A stretch of DNA of 63,930 nucleotides, counting the filler, from Cercozoa sp. M6MM (Eukaryota; Protista; Endomyxa: Ascetosporea): the NCBI GenBank assembly GCA_040357565.1. It is 13 parts of 13 records of this genome, joined end to end, with 100 filler letters (N's around TTAATTAATTAA, not from the genome) between each part and the next. Parts side by side here need not be neighbours in the genome. Positions count along the whole stretch, not along the records: positions 41,199 to 48,262 come from JBDODJ010000665.1; positions 48,363 to 50,459 come from JBDODJ010001847.1; positions 50,560 to 54,287 come from JBDODJ010001335.1; positions 54,388 to 58,503 come from JBDODJ010001223.1; 9 more parts are not named here. One strand, written 5' to 3'. Below, in pieces: positions 42,186 through 54,443 of this stretch. The notes beneath the pieces were generated by a model that was not told the origin of the DNA, did not search any database, and saw nothing but the letters and a program-made list of their open reading frames with translations. How positions within the stretch are numbered: the stretch's first letter is position 1; the number at the start of each line of letters is the position of its first letter. The translations under genes and the position numbers were made by a program.

Positions 42186-42600
42186 ATCGTGCTGCACGAC
42201 GTGACGGCACTGCAGGCAAGAGCTTTTATGTTTTGCTGATTCCGGGAACCAGAAAAGCCGTCGCTTCCCGCTGAAAAGAAGAAGAATACAACATACCTCA
42301 AAACACAGTCTACTTGCGCTCTGCGTGGTCTTAGGTCGCGCGTGTGCACAGTAAAATCGCACGGACAGTACGAGCGTCTCGTTCGTGGTCAATCACAGTA
42401 CTATACTCTATCGGCTCATGCGGATCCTGAGTCAGTGCGTCTCCGGCTGCCCAACTGTATAAATTAACGTTTCGCGGCTGACTCGTTATGCTTCCTGTTG
42501 TTTTAGTGACCTCGAAAGCTCAGTAAAAGTGGAAAAACAGGAATTCGCCATGAGCGCAACTGCCCACTCAAGGCAGTGTGACCAGTGTGCTGTGGGATAG

Positions 42601-44061
42601 TCAGGCGCAGTTTTCGATCTTCCCGTCGTTGCAGGTGCATGAGATGCTGCCGATTTGCAGTGTTGACCGATGCTCCACGCACCTTCAAAGCGCACATGTT
42701 TTCACACTGAACTGAGGATGTCGGTGAGTTTGAAAAGTCCCTCACGTACTCTTGGTTGAAGCAGCATTGTTTCCCAGTTGGGACCACATTACACTGTGCC
42801 CAGGATCCACTTTGGCAAGAGCACTCCAGTGCATTGGATCTGCTTCGCTCGCCGTGCTTGACGCAATTGTCAGGCGACCAACAACTATCCACATTTCTTA
42901 GTTCAGTTTAGGTAGTTATGGTGCAACATTAACTTGCTGTACCACGGTTTTTTAACCGGTATTCGGCAAGAAACAAAACTTCCTTCCCTAATCATTTAAT
43001 CATTGAGTGGAGCGAGGCATAAAAGTCAAATTCACACGAAGAGAGTGCAGTAAAACTGTGCCGACACACCGACACTCGCACTCGAATCCTTCGATCTCGA
43101 GTGAGTCGCCTGAGTCGACGCAGTTCTCTCGCACACAACATTGTTGCGACTGTTTCGACTGCGGCAAACGACACTGCACGAACGATGTTCCGTCGCACAA
43201 GCATTCAATGCCGTTCTTCTGCAGCCACGTTTCGGATCGAACGCACTCGCCTTGGAAGCAACTGCACTCACGCAACCATTCAGTTTCATAGTTTACATAC
43301 AGTAGTACTACAGCAGTCCAGATCCAGTGTCAATACAGTAGTCCAGTCGTACAGTACAGTACCATTGCTGGATAAGCTGACAACTGGTCAGCACTCCATC
43401 TGAGCAAAAGCACTCCGCGATGCCTGCATGTAACATATCGATATCTATCATTCGTCACATTAATTTTTAGTGATATTGAGTGTTGAAAACTACTGTACCG
43501 TCAGTCATCCATTGACCTGAAGCAACGCAATCGAGAGCGTTAACACAGCACTCAGCGAGTTTTTCGCATTGCGACCATTCTGGACTCGCTCGTGCCTGCA
43601 GCTGCGTGCAGGTGCATTTCATCCCGGGGAACACGTTGTGTTGCGTTCCCACGTTGACGCAAACACCGCCAGCGCAGCATTGCTGCATCTGTGCGGACTC
43701 TGGCACTTCAGTCGTGCCAAGTTTCAGGTCGAGATGATTCGCTCCCAGACAGTTGATCCAAGCTCCCGACCCGTCGCACTGGCATTGATCTGATTGAATG
43801 ACAGTTCTATAAATCCACAGCAGGTACAGTCACATTTGTGAAAGTTCGGTGCACGTTCGAGCAGGTCAGCGATCCACTCGCCCGTCTCGAACATTTGACC
43901 TACGGAATTTAAATGGGAACAATTTAAAACTGGCTACTAAAAAGTTAGAACTGCTCATCGTATAAATACTATCCTGTAGCTGACTCACCACCCCATACAC
44001 AAGAAGCCATCGTTTCATCAAGCAAAGCCGCCATTGTTGCGACCCTGAATACCCAAAGCAT
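42601..44061 (-). CDS. Secreted cysteine-rich protein with 7 tandem VWC/FN1-like modules
   Basis: Putative signal MLWVFRVATMAALL. Modules include CVWGGQMFETGEWI...CQCDGSGAWINC, CCVNALDCVASGQWMTDGIAECFCSDGVLTSC and CCFNQECVEHRSTLQIGSISCTCNDGKIENCA-TGA. Confidence 0.7.
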
Positions 44062-44381
44062 AGCAGCGTGCTGCTCACTGTTTGCTTCAGCTTGCACTGA
44101 TAAATTACTGTCCTTACTGACTGATCTTTTGCCAAGTACGATGCCGAGGATCCGCTCGGCAGCACAAATACAGTCGAGGAGATTTACCAAAATTGTTCAG
44201 TTTAAATTCAGTTCCCTGGGTTCATTTCCGATTCAGATCAGTTTCTTAGATACTGTCAGTAGATTTAGTAAGTTTAGTTCTCCCAGTGATCAAAAGCAGT
44301 CCAGTAGTACACTCGGCATATATTTAAATTTACAGCGCAGTAAATTACTATATGTATAATGTAACCTTAGCCGACACTAAC

Positions 44382-46032
44382 TTAGATGCATTCAGTGACT
44401 CCGAGTCTTATGGTCGCTTTCGTGATTGACGACGGCGATGCGGAGCTTGGCTTCTGCTCGTTTCTTGTGTCTGATCTGTCCTGCAGTATAAGATTACAGT
44501 ACAATAATTCAATTGAAGCGTTCAGTTGTTGTACAGTACCTTTGTCAGATGGGACATCGCGCCAGAGTCGCATCACGACTTGTCGCAGCAGCTCTTGCGG
44601 CGACAGTGCGTCTTCTCCCGACGCGGCCTGCTTCCTAAGCAAGAGACCGTGTTCGTCTAACTGCGCGAGTCTTTGGCCAAATTAAACCAAAGTTACAGGA
44701 CTGCACGTAAGTCTCGCGCTGCGGCGGCATCGCGCACCAGGGTCACGTCAGGCGGCATCTGTGCATGTGGTGGTCGACATTTGGCATCATTTGTTCTTCA
44801 AACATGACTTAGTTAGGATGAAAGAACTACAGTAGTTGCAGGTGCAGTAGCTTTCAACTGCTGCTGTAGTCGCATGTTCTCCTGCCGCAAAGCTGTCAGT
44901 TCCTTGTTGCAGTGCGAATCAGGCTCCCTGTGGTGAACAAACGCAAGCAGACTGACTCAGGTACATGTACGCACAACAGCAGAAGTTCGTACACGTGGTG
45001 TAGAGTATAGCGACGTCGCCGCATGTGACTTGTCGACGATCGCGTGCGTGTGCGCGACTTGGACCGCGTGTCGTCGTCCAGGTGGCGACTCAGCGAGGAC
45101 AATGCGCTGGCGCGAGGCACTTTAGAGTTCACTGCCGTTTCACATCATATGCCGGTGAATCCTTATCATCTCCTATTATAGTAGTGTACGTGGAGTGTGC
45201 GTCGACAGCTTGTGCAGTCGTGGCTGTGTGCAACGACGACGTGGTGGGGGCAAACTGTCGGAGCGGCCCCACATCTTTCCGGTGGAGTTCTTGCACCTGC
45301 TAAGTGTCAAAACTACTCATAGAATTGACAATACTGTCGAACAAATACCTGGACCGGCGCACAGACGGCTGGTACAGCTGGATGCGAGCTCTCATCGAGG
45401 CGTCATTCAGGCAGAAGTCGACATAGTAGGCGTACAGGAACTTGAGCAGGTCAAAGTGCTGCGGCAGACGACCTCGCATGAGTTCTTTCATGTTGCTGTG
45501 CACGTTCTGAATCGCATGTGTTTTTTATTTTGCAGTCACTGGACCATCCATGAGACAGAACAGGGCATGGTAAACTTACATAAGGCAAACGATGTTCGTG
45601 CATGATATCGGTCACTATGCGCCAGTTTCGCATGTATTCTGCCTCTGAAAATTCATCATACAAGGTCCATTCCAACCAACAAGGTTGCGCAGTAAGGGGT
45701 AAGGGTGGACACTAAATTTACCATGTCGAGCACCGGCGTCGACTTGATGCAGTGGCACAGCACCTTTCGGCAACAGCATATCCAGCAACTGACAGTAGGC
45801 AAAGCCGGTTTTCAGGTCACTCAGCGACTTAGGTGCGGCAGGCCTGGATGTGAACACCTACTTACTTAGATCAGTAAAAAGACGAGGGAAATTACCCATC
45901 AAACTGCAGGCAGTTACGTAGCCAGCGCAGCAGTTGAGGTGCCGTAACAACACTCGGTGACACTGGAGGCTCGACTGTGTCCACCACTGTCTCACTGCCA
46001 GTGTCAAGCGTTAAATCTTCCGGAAAATTCAT
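44382..46032 (-). CDS. EB1/MAPRE-type calponin-homology domain protein (divergent)
   Basis: QLLRWL, LKTGFAYCQLLDMLLPKGAVPLHQV, EAEYMRNWRIV and LMRGRLPQHFDLLKFL match the EB1 CH domain. The C-terminal end is approximate. Confidence 0.7.
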
Positions 46033-46523
46033 CGCGTCTCTGACTTGCTTTAATTGGCCTCAGTCTGGTTTTCTTTCTTTTCTGTACGTTCGATAAAGCA
46101 GTTTAACAGGCAACTACTACAGTATCTCCTCTCTTTCCTGCAAGCCCTGCAACGCACACTGACTCCTTTCGAGTTCGCATTGCATCTCATTTACTACTAA
46201 GTACGAACTTCGGAGAAGAGCGTTTCTCTCGGAAAAGCCGATTGTCACCGGACTGACCAGCGGACGGGTCCGAATATGAACTGTTATTTACTGTAGTCAA
46301 TTTCAATACAGTATATTGTTCAGTTTCACTAAACTGAAGCTGTATTTACAGTACTGTACGTCACACTCACAGCTGATCAGCCCGCAGCATTCATCCACGT
46401 GCATGGATTCGGGCCTTGAGTTGAAGAAGATGTCAAAGTTCAAACTCAACTGAACAAAACTACAAGCTGAGCCGTCAGTCTACAGTATCAGATCTGCTAC
46501 TGCTTTGGATAATGATGACATGT

Positions 46524-47717
46524 TTACGTAGCTGATGTGGTTGCTGCGTTCGAACTCGGGCGGTTCGGCTGCTCTCCCGTACGTGTTGTGGCGAAAGCAT
46601 CCAGCCTGGCCTTTCGGTGCGCTAGCTTACGCGCGAGCTCGGTCTCCATCTCACGTGCCTACAGTATAGAAAAGAGTATCTCTTGCAGTTTAGGTGCGAG
46701 GTACAGTGATTATGTACTGCTCAAGTGTACCAAAAGCAGCTGCAGCTTCGAGGCCTCGTGTTCTCGACGGATTTCGTCGATTTCTTTGGCGAGCCTTTCG
46801 CTGATGGCGGACTGGAATTGTAGCTCAACGCTGTAAAGTTCGTTCTCGCACAAAATTCGTTTAGTCGTTGAGTGCAGTGACTCTCGGGTCTGACACATGC
46901 AAGATAACGATGATCTGCAGACCGACTGAGAACGAAGAAACTATAGGAAATTACCATGCCCAACAAAGACCTCTTGATGTCGCGTATCTTGAGGAGCATG
47001 TCTTGCTTCAGAACTTCTTTTTCAGAGAGAGCACGACGCTCGGCATCTCCTAAACGTTGCTCTGCCGTGTCTCGCTCTTCTTGCAGTGCCCTGCGCAAAG
47101 CTTGCTGCAGGGAACGCAAAAGATGGTAGTGACGATAAGGAACTAGATTCACTGTATGTTCTGTCAGTTCACGCCAATACCATTTCAGCTTCGTTAGCAG
47201 TTTTACGCGCGCGGAATTCTTTCACCGCTTCGAGCTCTAGTCGAAGCTCGTCGTTATCGCGAGCAAGGGTCTCATTGTTTGCCACCAGGGTTTTTGCCAG
47301 CTCAGCTGTCGCAACATAAATGTAGTACTAATTCCTGATAGCTGCCACTAAATCGGTACTTCTGTACCTACCCTTTTCTTCTGCGAGACGTTTTTTCGTG
47401 CGCTCAAGCGCTAGGGTTGTGTTCGCCAGCTTCTTGATAAGCTTTTGCAGCTTTCCTTCGCGGTCTTCCAGTTCGTGACGTAAGTACTCAATCTCTGATT
47501 CCTGCTGCGCTTGCTTCTGCTCCGAAGCCAGACGCTCCTTGTGAATTTTGTACCTGGCATTCCTAAAGTCTGCAAAGTAGTTGCAGTCAAAACACTGCGC
47601 ATACCTCAGCTCTTTGTTTTCATCCGATAACAGCGTCATACGCGCAGTCGCATGCGACTTTTGATAACTTTCATGGAAGCGCCTGGATTCAGGGTCGCGT
47701 ATGGCGTCGGTGTTCAT
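46524..47717 (-). CDS. CFAP157: Cilia- and flagella-associated coiled-coil protein 157-like
   Basis: EKEVLKQDMLLKIRDIKRSLLGM|TRESLHSTTKRILCENELYSVELQFQS...ETELARK matches the CFAP157 motif (LK.EM..K..ETK...L..TTKRTI.EN....EL.YQS). Confidence 0.65.
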
Positions 47718-48119
47718 CGCTGATCGCAATGCGACTGTGCACTAAATATTCCAAGCCTTGAGTTCGTTTGGTTCTTTCGCACCAAAAAGGTGAACCAAAT
47801 GAACGCCACACTCCTCGTCGGCCTCGACCAATCTCACCGAACAGCGAAACTCCTCAGAGTAAAACTTTGGGCAACTCTTTCTGACGTGTTGGATGCATAG
47901 GGCCGTACATCGTCACAAATCTTAACTTTTTGAAAAACTCTTGTGTCGGAAAATACAATTAAATTTACTAAATTCACATGCCAGGGAAAACTTCGGTTAG
48001 GCGTGGAAGCCGACACCAAGCGTACGTAGGTTTCATTTGAGTCAAAGAAACTGGTTTCGATGTTAAATTTACTTATAACTTAGTAGTGAACTTGCCAGCA
48101 GCGGAAAAACTTATCTTGA

Positions 48120-48262
48120 TCAGACATGAAAAAAGCGTGTAAGCGCCTACTGAACACAGCTACCACCTGGGCTAAGCGCACCGGCATGGAATTTCACCCA
48201 CAAAGACAGTTCATCCAACTGGGAAAGCAAAACGATCAGAGACTCAGAATCAGCATGAAGAC
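48120..48262 (+). mobile_element. LINE reverse transcriptase fragment at a contig end
   Basis: MKKACKRLLNTATTWAKRTGMEFHPQ resembles the RT domain 5-6 pattern (L......W....G..F.P.K). A-rich sense strand like the LINE at 39431. Confidence 0.55.
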
Positions 48263-48420
48263 NNNNNNNNNNNNNNNNNNNNNNNNNNNNNNNNNNNNNN
48301 NNNNNNTTAATTAATTAANNNNNNNNNNNNNNNNNNNNNNNNNNNNNNNNNNNNNNNNNNNNCTACAGGAGGGGGGGGGGGGGTAAATGGGGGTAAAGGG
48401 GCAAAGGGGGTAACAACACA

Positions 48421-50411
48421 CCCCGACTCTGACTGCCTCAGCTGCGTCGAACTGTCGCGCAGTCGCTTGTCCTGGGGGGTATTGGGTATTGGGTATGGAG
48501 TATAAGGGGTATGGTATGGGGTATAAGGGGTATGGGGGTAGGGGTATAAGGGGTATGAGGGTATGGGGTATAAGGGGTATGGGGTATAAGGGGTACGGGG
48601 TATAAGGGGTATGGGGGTAAAGTGTGATACCTGTAGTCTGGCATCCACCGCCATCGACTGTCGCATGCCGTCCAATCTGCCCAAGTAGGGGGGGGGGTAA
48701 AGGGGGATGGAGGAGGGGAGAGAGGTGATACCCATCGATCTCATTGTCCATGACTGGCGCGACCTTGCCGATCAAAATGTCGCCGCCCAACACTCGCTCC
48801 TCCGGCGCAATCACTCCATCCTGGGGAAAGGGGGTAGGGGGTATATGGGGGTAGGGGGTGGGGGTGCGGGTACATCATCCAGCTTGTTGTAGTTGCCGCG
48901 TCGCATCGCCAGTGTCGTGTCGTGCCTGCAGGTAGGGGGTAAGGGGGAGATAAGGGAGGGGAGGAAGGGGTAGGGGGTAAGGGGGTAAAGGGGGTAGGGG
49001 GGCAAAGCCTACGTCGGCCGCGTGAAGCGCTCCTTGAGACCGGTGCGCGCCTCGTTCTCCGTGTCGCGGTAGCTGCGGTAGAACGTGCTGCGGAACAGTC
49101 CGCGGTCCACCGAGGACTGTCCCATGATCAGACTGTCCTCCTGATTGTAGCCACTGTAGCACGCGATCGCCACGATCACGTTCTGCCCACACCATGCCAG
49201 AATACCGGGGGGGGGGGTAAGGGGGGAGGGTAAACTACCTGACCTGCCGGCAACTCACGGAAGTGCAAGTATTGCATCGATCTGCACATAACACACACAT
49301 ACAGAAGGGGGGGGGTGGGGGTAAACAGGGGGGTAAACATCTCCATACCTCGTGGTCACCAGCGGTTTCTGCGGGTAGAACATGACGTGTGCCATCGTGT
49401 CGAACCGCCGTTGGTAGTTGCTATACAGAGACAAAGGAATAGTGGGGTGAGGTGAAGGTAAAGGACAACACTACCTGCAGTAGACGCCCATGGCCTGCTT
49501 GCCCATCGCTGACTGATACGTGTTTCGCGGCGACTGGTTGTGGTCCGGGAACGGAATGATACTGCCCAGGGGAAGGGGGGTAAGGGGGGTAAAGCAGGGG
49601 ACTGGGGGGGGGGGAGCCCACCTCGCACAGATGCCGAGAATCATGGCCGGATGAATCTCGCTGTGCGTGTAACTACACACACGCAAGAGTAAGGGGGGAG
49701 GTAAGAAGGAGGTATAACAGCTACCGCAGCTGGTTGGGATTGCTGCGAATTTCGTCGACATGCATCGAGCACATTGTCGTTTCCTACAAGGGGGGGGGTA
49801 AGGGGGTAAAAGGGGTAGGGGGGTAAACACTACCTCCTCCTCCGTGTCGACGAATTCGATCAGTCCGCGCTTCAGCAAATCCGACCAACTATGCACAACA
49901 ACATAGACAGAGCCCCCTTAACCAAAAATGAAAGCTCTGGCTACCCGAGTGCATGGTCCATTTTCACTTCGTCCTCGTCCTCGTCACTGCATCGTGGAGG
50001 GAGGGGTAAGGGGGTAGGGGTAGGGTGGGAGGGGCAATACGGGTTCACAATGCCGAGTCCAATGTTCAACCGACGCACGTGGCCTTTCGTCATGCGCAGT
50101 GCCTGGGGGATTAAGGGGTAAGGGAAAGGTAGGGTTAAGGGGAAGGTAGGGGCTCAGGGGGAGGTGGGGGTTAAGGGGGAGGCGGGGAGGTTAAGGGGGA
50201 GGTAGGTAGGGGGATAAACACTACCTTGGTCTCCGGATCGACAATGTAGAGCGGTCGGCAGCAGCGGCCGCCGTCGGTCCACACTCGCCTGCACACACAC
50301 ACACCGATCAGTAATCGATCAAACCGTCCGATCAGTGATCGATCAGTGACTAAGAGAAGCTACAACTCGCGATCACGCACGTCCCACACGATGCTAGCGT
50401 ATTTGTCGATC
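48421..50411 (-). CDS. RPB2: RNA polymerase II second-largest subunit, internal fragment (15 exons)
   Basis: [125 protein letters not shown]. Confidence 0.95.
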
Positions 50412-50559
50412 TGGGGGGGAGGGTAAACAGGGGGCATAGAGAGGGATAGAGGGGGCAACNNNNNNNNNNNNNNNNNNNNNNNNNNNNNNNNNNNNNNNNN
50501 NNNTTAATTAATTAANNNNNNNNNNNNNNNNNNNNNNNNNNNNNNNNNNNNNNNNNNNN

Positions 50560-50614
<55 letters not shown>

Positions 50615-50719
50615 CACACACGCACACACACACACGCACACACACACGCACACACACACACGCACACACACACAGACACACAGACACACAGACACACAGA
50701 CCAGTCATATCAAGAATAC

Positions 50720-51483
50720 TGATCAATCTCAGGTGTACCTTATTTGTTCTGCGGCGTCGCTTTGGCGGCGGCGGTTCGTTGCTGCTTTTGCTCGTGTCGG
50801 CCTTTTCTAAGAAGGAGGAGTGGACGGGAAAAGCAAGGAAGAATTTGGGGTACCGGTCATGGCAACGGAAGTCGCGGGAACTTGTGGTAATGAGGCATAT
50901 GACGCACGCGTCCGTTTTCGCACTGTGATGGGCGACAAGGGAACCTCAGGTTCCGCCGGGACAGGAACCTGCTGCTCAGAGTGATAATATGGCACCTAGG
51001 TAAATAGTATACACACAAACACATACACTCAAATACACAGTGTACCGAAGCGAGTGGCGACAGTGGAACACTTGGAGGTGTCACACTAATTGATACTGCT
51101 GCTGTGCACGGATATGTACACATATCACACACACACACACACGCACACAAAACAGAGGGCAAAGGCTACGTGGCAGCTGCGTGGTCGCTCGTGTGGACCG
51201 CGTGTCCAACAGGTCACTCGCGTTGGGCGACGCGTGCTCGTCAGCAGCGTCCGAGAAAAGCAGGCGCGCAGACTTGCGCTGCTTGCATCGCAAAGCAAAG
51301 CACAAGGTCAGTTGAGATCGATCGATGTGTGCCACTAGTCACAAGGAGACAGAAAGGACAGAAAACTACCCGTTTCGGCGAGCGACGTCTCGGAGTTTTC
51401 TTCGGTACTTTGTTTTCCTTTTCGTCGGATATTTCTTCTTGTTTCTCTAGTTGTTGTGGTTGTTGTTGTTGTTGTTGTTGTGG

Positions 51484-51531
<48 letters not shown>

Positions 51532-52500
51532 TTCTTGTTGTTGTTCTTCTTGTTGTTGTTTTTCTTGTTGTTGTTGTTGTGGTTGTGGTGGTTGTGGTGG
51601 TTCATCGTCTTCTTGTGGTTTCTCTCGCTTTTTTAACCTTTCCAGATCTTTTGGCTCTTTTGATCTTTCCTGCCTTTCCTGTTCATCTCCCTCCTGTGCT
51701 TTTTCTTGCCCTTGTTGCGGTCGTTGTCGTCTTTCGTTCTGCAAAAGAAAAGCGATACTTTGACTATGGATGACAACAGGGACGAAAAAGAAGGCACAAA
51801 ACAAACCTTCTGAGCGGGGAGCACTGAGTCTGAGGACTACAACAAGCTCACAAAGAGATTAAACAAAGCACTTAGTTCCCAGTCATAAATGGGAGTCAAT
51901 GCACATACCTCCAAACTCGGCATACTGCCACTGGAAGTCAAGAGTGCGTTCTCGAACGCCCGCACACTTCTCTGTTGACAAAAGAACACGCATACAAAAA
52001 CATAAAAGACAGATGTCTTTTGAAGGTACCTCAACGCGCTGCATGGATTCTTCCAAGCGCTGGATGGACAGAAAGTTTCGAAACTGCAGGTCGCTGCCTT
52101 CAAGAGAATTGAGCGCCCGCGAGGCCTGCGCCGCGACTCTCTCGTCGGCGGCCGGCAGACTGCCCTGCTGCAGCAGCGCCTGGTCGGCCACGACGTGCCG
52201 CTGCAGTGCCAACTGCAGCAGTCTCAGCGTCTGTTCCGATGCCATTCCTTTGCAAGGAAAGCACGGAAGTAACAGAGTACAAGAGCGCAGAAGAAAGAAA
52301 GCAGACAACTCGGTAAAGCACAAGTTTACGCTGAGCAAGGACCTGTTCTTGCAATCGCTCGACTTGCTCCTTCATGCCGCTGAGGGTTTTGTTGGTTCGA
52401 TCATGAGCACGTGCACCGTTGGTCACACCTGCTGCCAGAGATTTGAGCGCATCGTTGCTCTTGCGAAACTGACCTGAAACACGTCACACAGGCAGGGCAA

Positions 52501-52581
<81 letters not shown>

Positions 52582-52930
52582 ACACACATACACACACACA
52601 CGCACACACACAACAGACAGCAAAAGCAGATACCCGCAAGTTGGTGATACGCCGTCACCATTCTGTAGACACACAGCCGGAAACTTTATCTGCAGTTTCG
52701 CTCGAAAAAATGTGGTACTTTTGTTGCCAAGAGCCGCCCGAACGCCGGCTGTCATCGCGAATCGACGAACCCAACGTCTGCGAATGAAACCGAACGAAGA
52801 ATCGTGAGTGCAAAAACACAAACACAAGAGTACCAGAGAGACTGATGTGTTCGCCTGCTGTGCCGCCAGAGCAGCTGACGTGTTTAAAGGCGAATTAGCC
52901 CCACTCGCTCGCGTTGTGTTGTTGCGCAAT
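50720..52930 (-). CDS. Hypothetical coiled-coil, Q/E-rich protein
   Basis: Spliced minus-strand exons with heptad-like segments and a long (CAA)n poly-Q tract at about 51450-51600. Confidence 0.5.
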
Positions 52931-53449
52931 CCCTGTCAAACACAGAAGCGCAATTAAAGCAATCACCCAATCCTACTCAAGCTTCGACTCAGTCAAAAAC
53001 GGAAAAGCACAAAAATCGAAAGGTACCGAGGCAAAGCTGCTATGACTAGCACGCCCGCGAAAACTAGAGCCGCCCACATGTGAACGATTCGACATTTTCG
53101 GCAAGGAGACACCGCGAGTCGTCCGCGCGGAGGTGGAGTGCAATCACCCAAGCACCAAACCAAATGTGATGCCAAGCTGCACAAAACGTTAACTAGGTAA
53201 CGAGTCGAGCACTGCACACTTCACTTCACGTGATAAGCGCACCTCTGCGTCTGCTACAGCGGTCAACTGGGCAGTGAATCTGTAAAGGCGCATCCTTAAA
53301 AGTTGTAGAAAAGCGCCAAAACGTGCTACGTTGTTCTATCGATGTACTTGGTCTGGCCCAGACAACTGATTAGTCTGAAGTGTAGGTTGCTGGTTGATCG
53401 AACTGAAACAAAACGAAACAACTGAGGCGAAAAACTGGGCGATGCGCAG

Positions 53450-54277
53450 TTACTTCTTTTTGATGATCTGTGACAGAACACAATGGACATAGCGAGCGAG
53501 AGCGAGAGAGAGAGAGAGAGAGAGAGAGAGGGGGAGGAGGGAGGGAATAAAGGGAAGGGCTACCTGAATAATGTCCTCGTCGTGCAACTCGTGGTCCTTG
53601 CCAACCTGCCCAGACGACGCAAGTAACAAGAGTTGGTACGGGAGGGGGGGGGGTAAGATACCGTCTGAGGAGTATGCTTGGCACTGCTGCCCCACACCAG
53701 TGCGTGCTTGAACTGTCACACCCATACATACATACACCTATCTGTGCGTACATATATACATATATATATATATATATTGTATATGGGGAAGCTACGTTGT
53801 CCATGAGCGAACGATGGATGCGGTTGCAGAACTACACACGTCACATAGGGTGAAAGGGGGGTAAAGAGAGGGTAAAGCGGTACATGTTGAACGGTGCGCT
53901 TCTCCTTGGGCAGCACCAGCGGCTCATCAAAGTCGACCTGGACACACACAACCATTTCGGGGGGGGGCAAAGAGGGGTAAAGAGGGGGTTACAGGCTGGC
54001 CCTTCGGCATCGGGTATACGCGAATCAACGAAAGCTTCTGGAAGATCTCCTGGAGGGGGGGGTAAAAGAGGGGGGTAAAGGCGCGGGAGCGGTGGTAAAT
54101 ACCTCAAGCAGCTCGTCCATGTTCCACTCGTGATACGCGGAGATCGGCACGTAATTCGGCAGACTAGGCGGGGAGAGGTAAAAGGGTAAAGGGGGGTAAA
54201 GAGAGACAACGCACCCATCAAGCACCTCGAGTTCCTCCAATGAAATCGCATCGATCTTGTTCAGCACGTACAGTGCC
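53450..54277 (-). CDS. DRG1: Developmentally regulated GTP-binding protein (DRG), C-terminal part with TGS domain
   Basis: [81 protein letters not shown]. Confidence 0.92.
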
Positions 54278-54443
54278 TACAGGGGGGNNNNNNNNNNNNN
54301 NNNNNNNNNNNNNNNNNNNNNNNNNNNNNNNTTAATTAATTAANNNNNNNNNNNNNNNNNNNNNNNNNNNNNNNNNNNNNNNNNNNNGTGTGTGTGTGTG
54401 TGTGTGTGTGTGTGTCAACACATCTATATGTGCTGTGTGGCAG

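Noticed and set aside
48470-48630. Interstitial telomere arrays
   Set aside because: The G-strand unit is irregular TA(A/T)GGGG rather than TTAGGG/TTTAGGG, and the tract lies inside a GT-AG intron of RPB2. A telomeric origin is unsupported without knowing the organism's telomere repeat.
51451-51773. Poly-Val / poly-Leu / poly-Cys ORFs suggesting membrane or metal-binding proteins
   Set aside because: Antisense reading of a (CAA)n poly-Gln tract.
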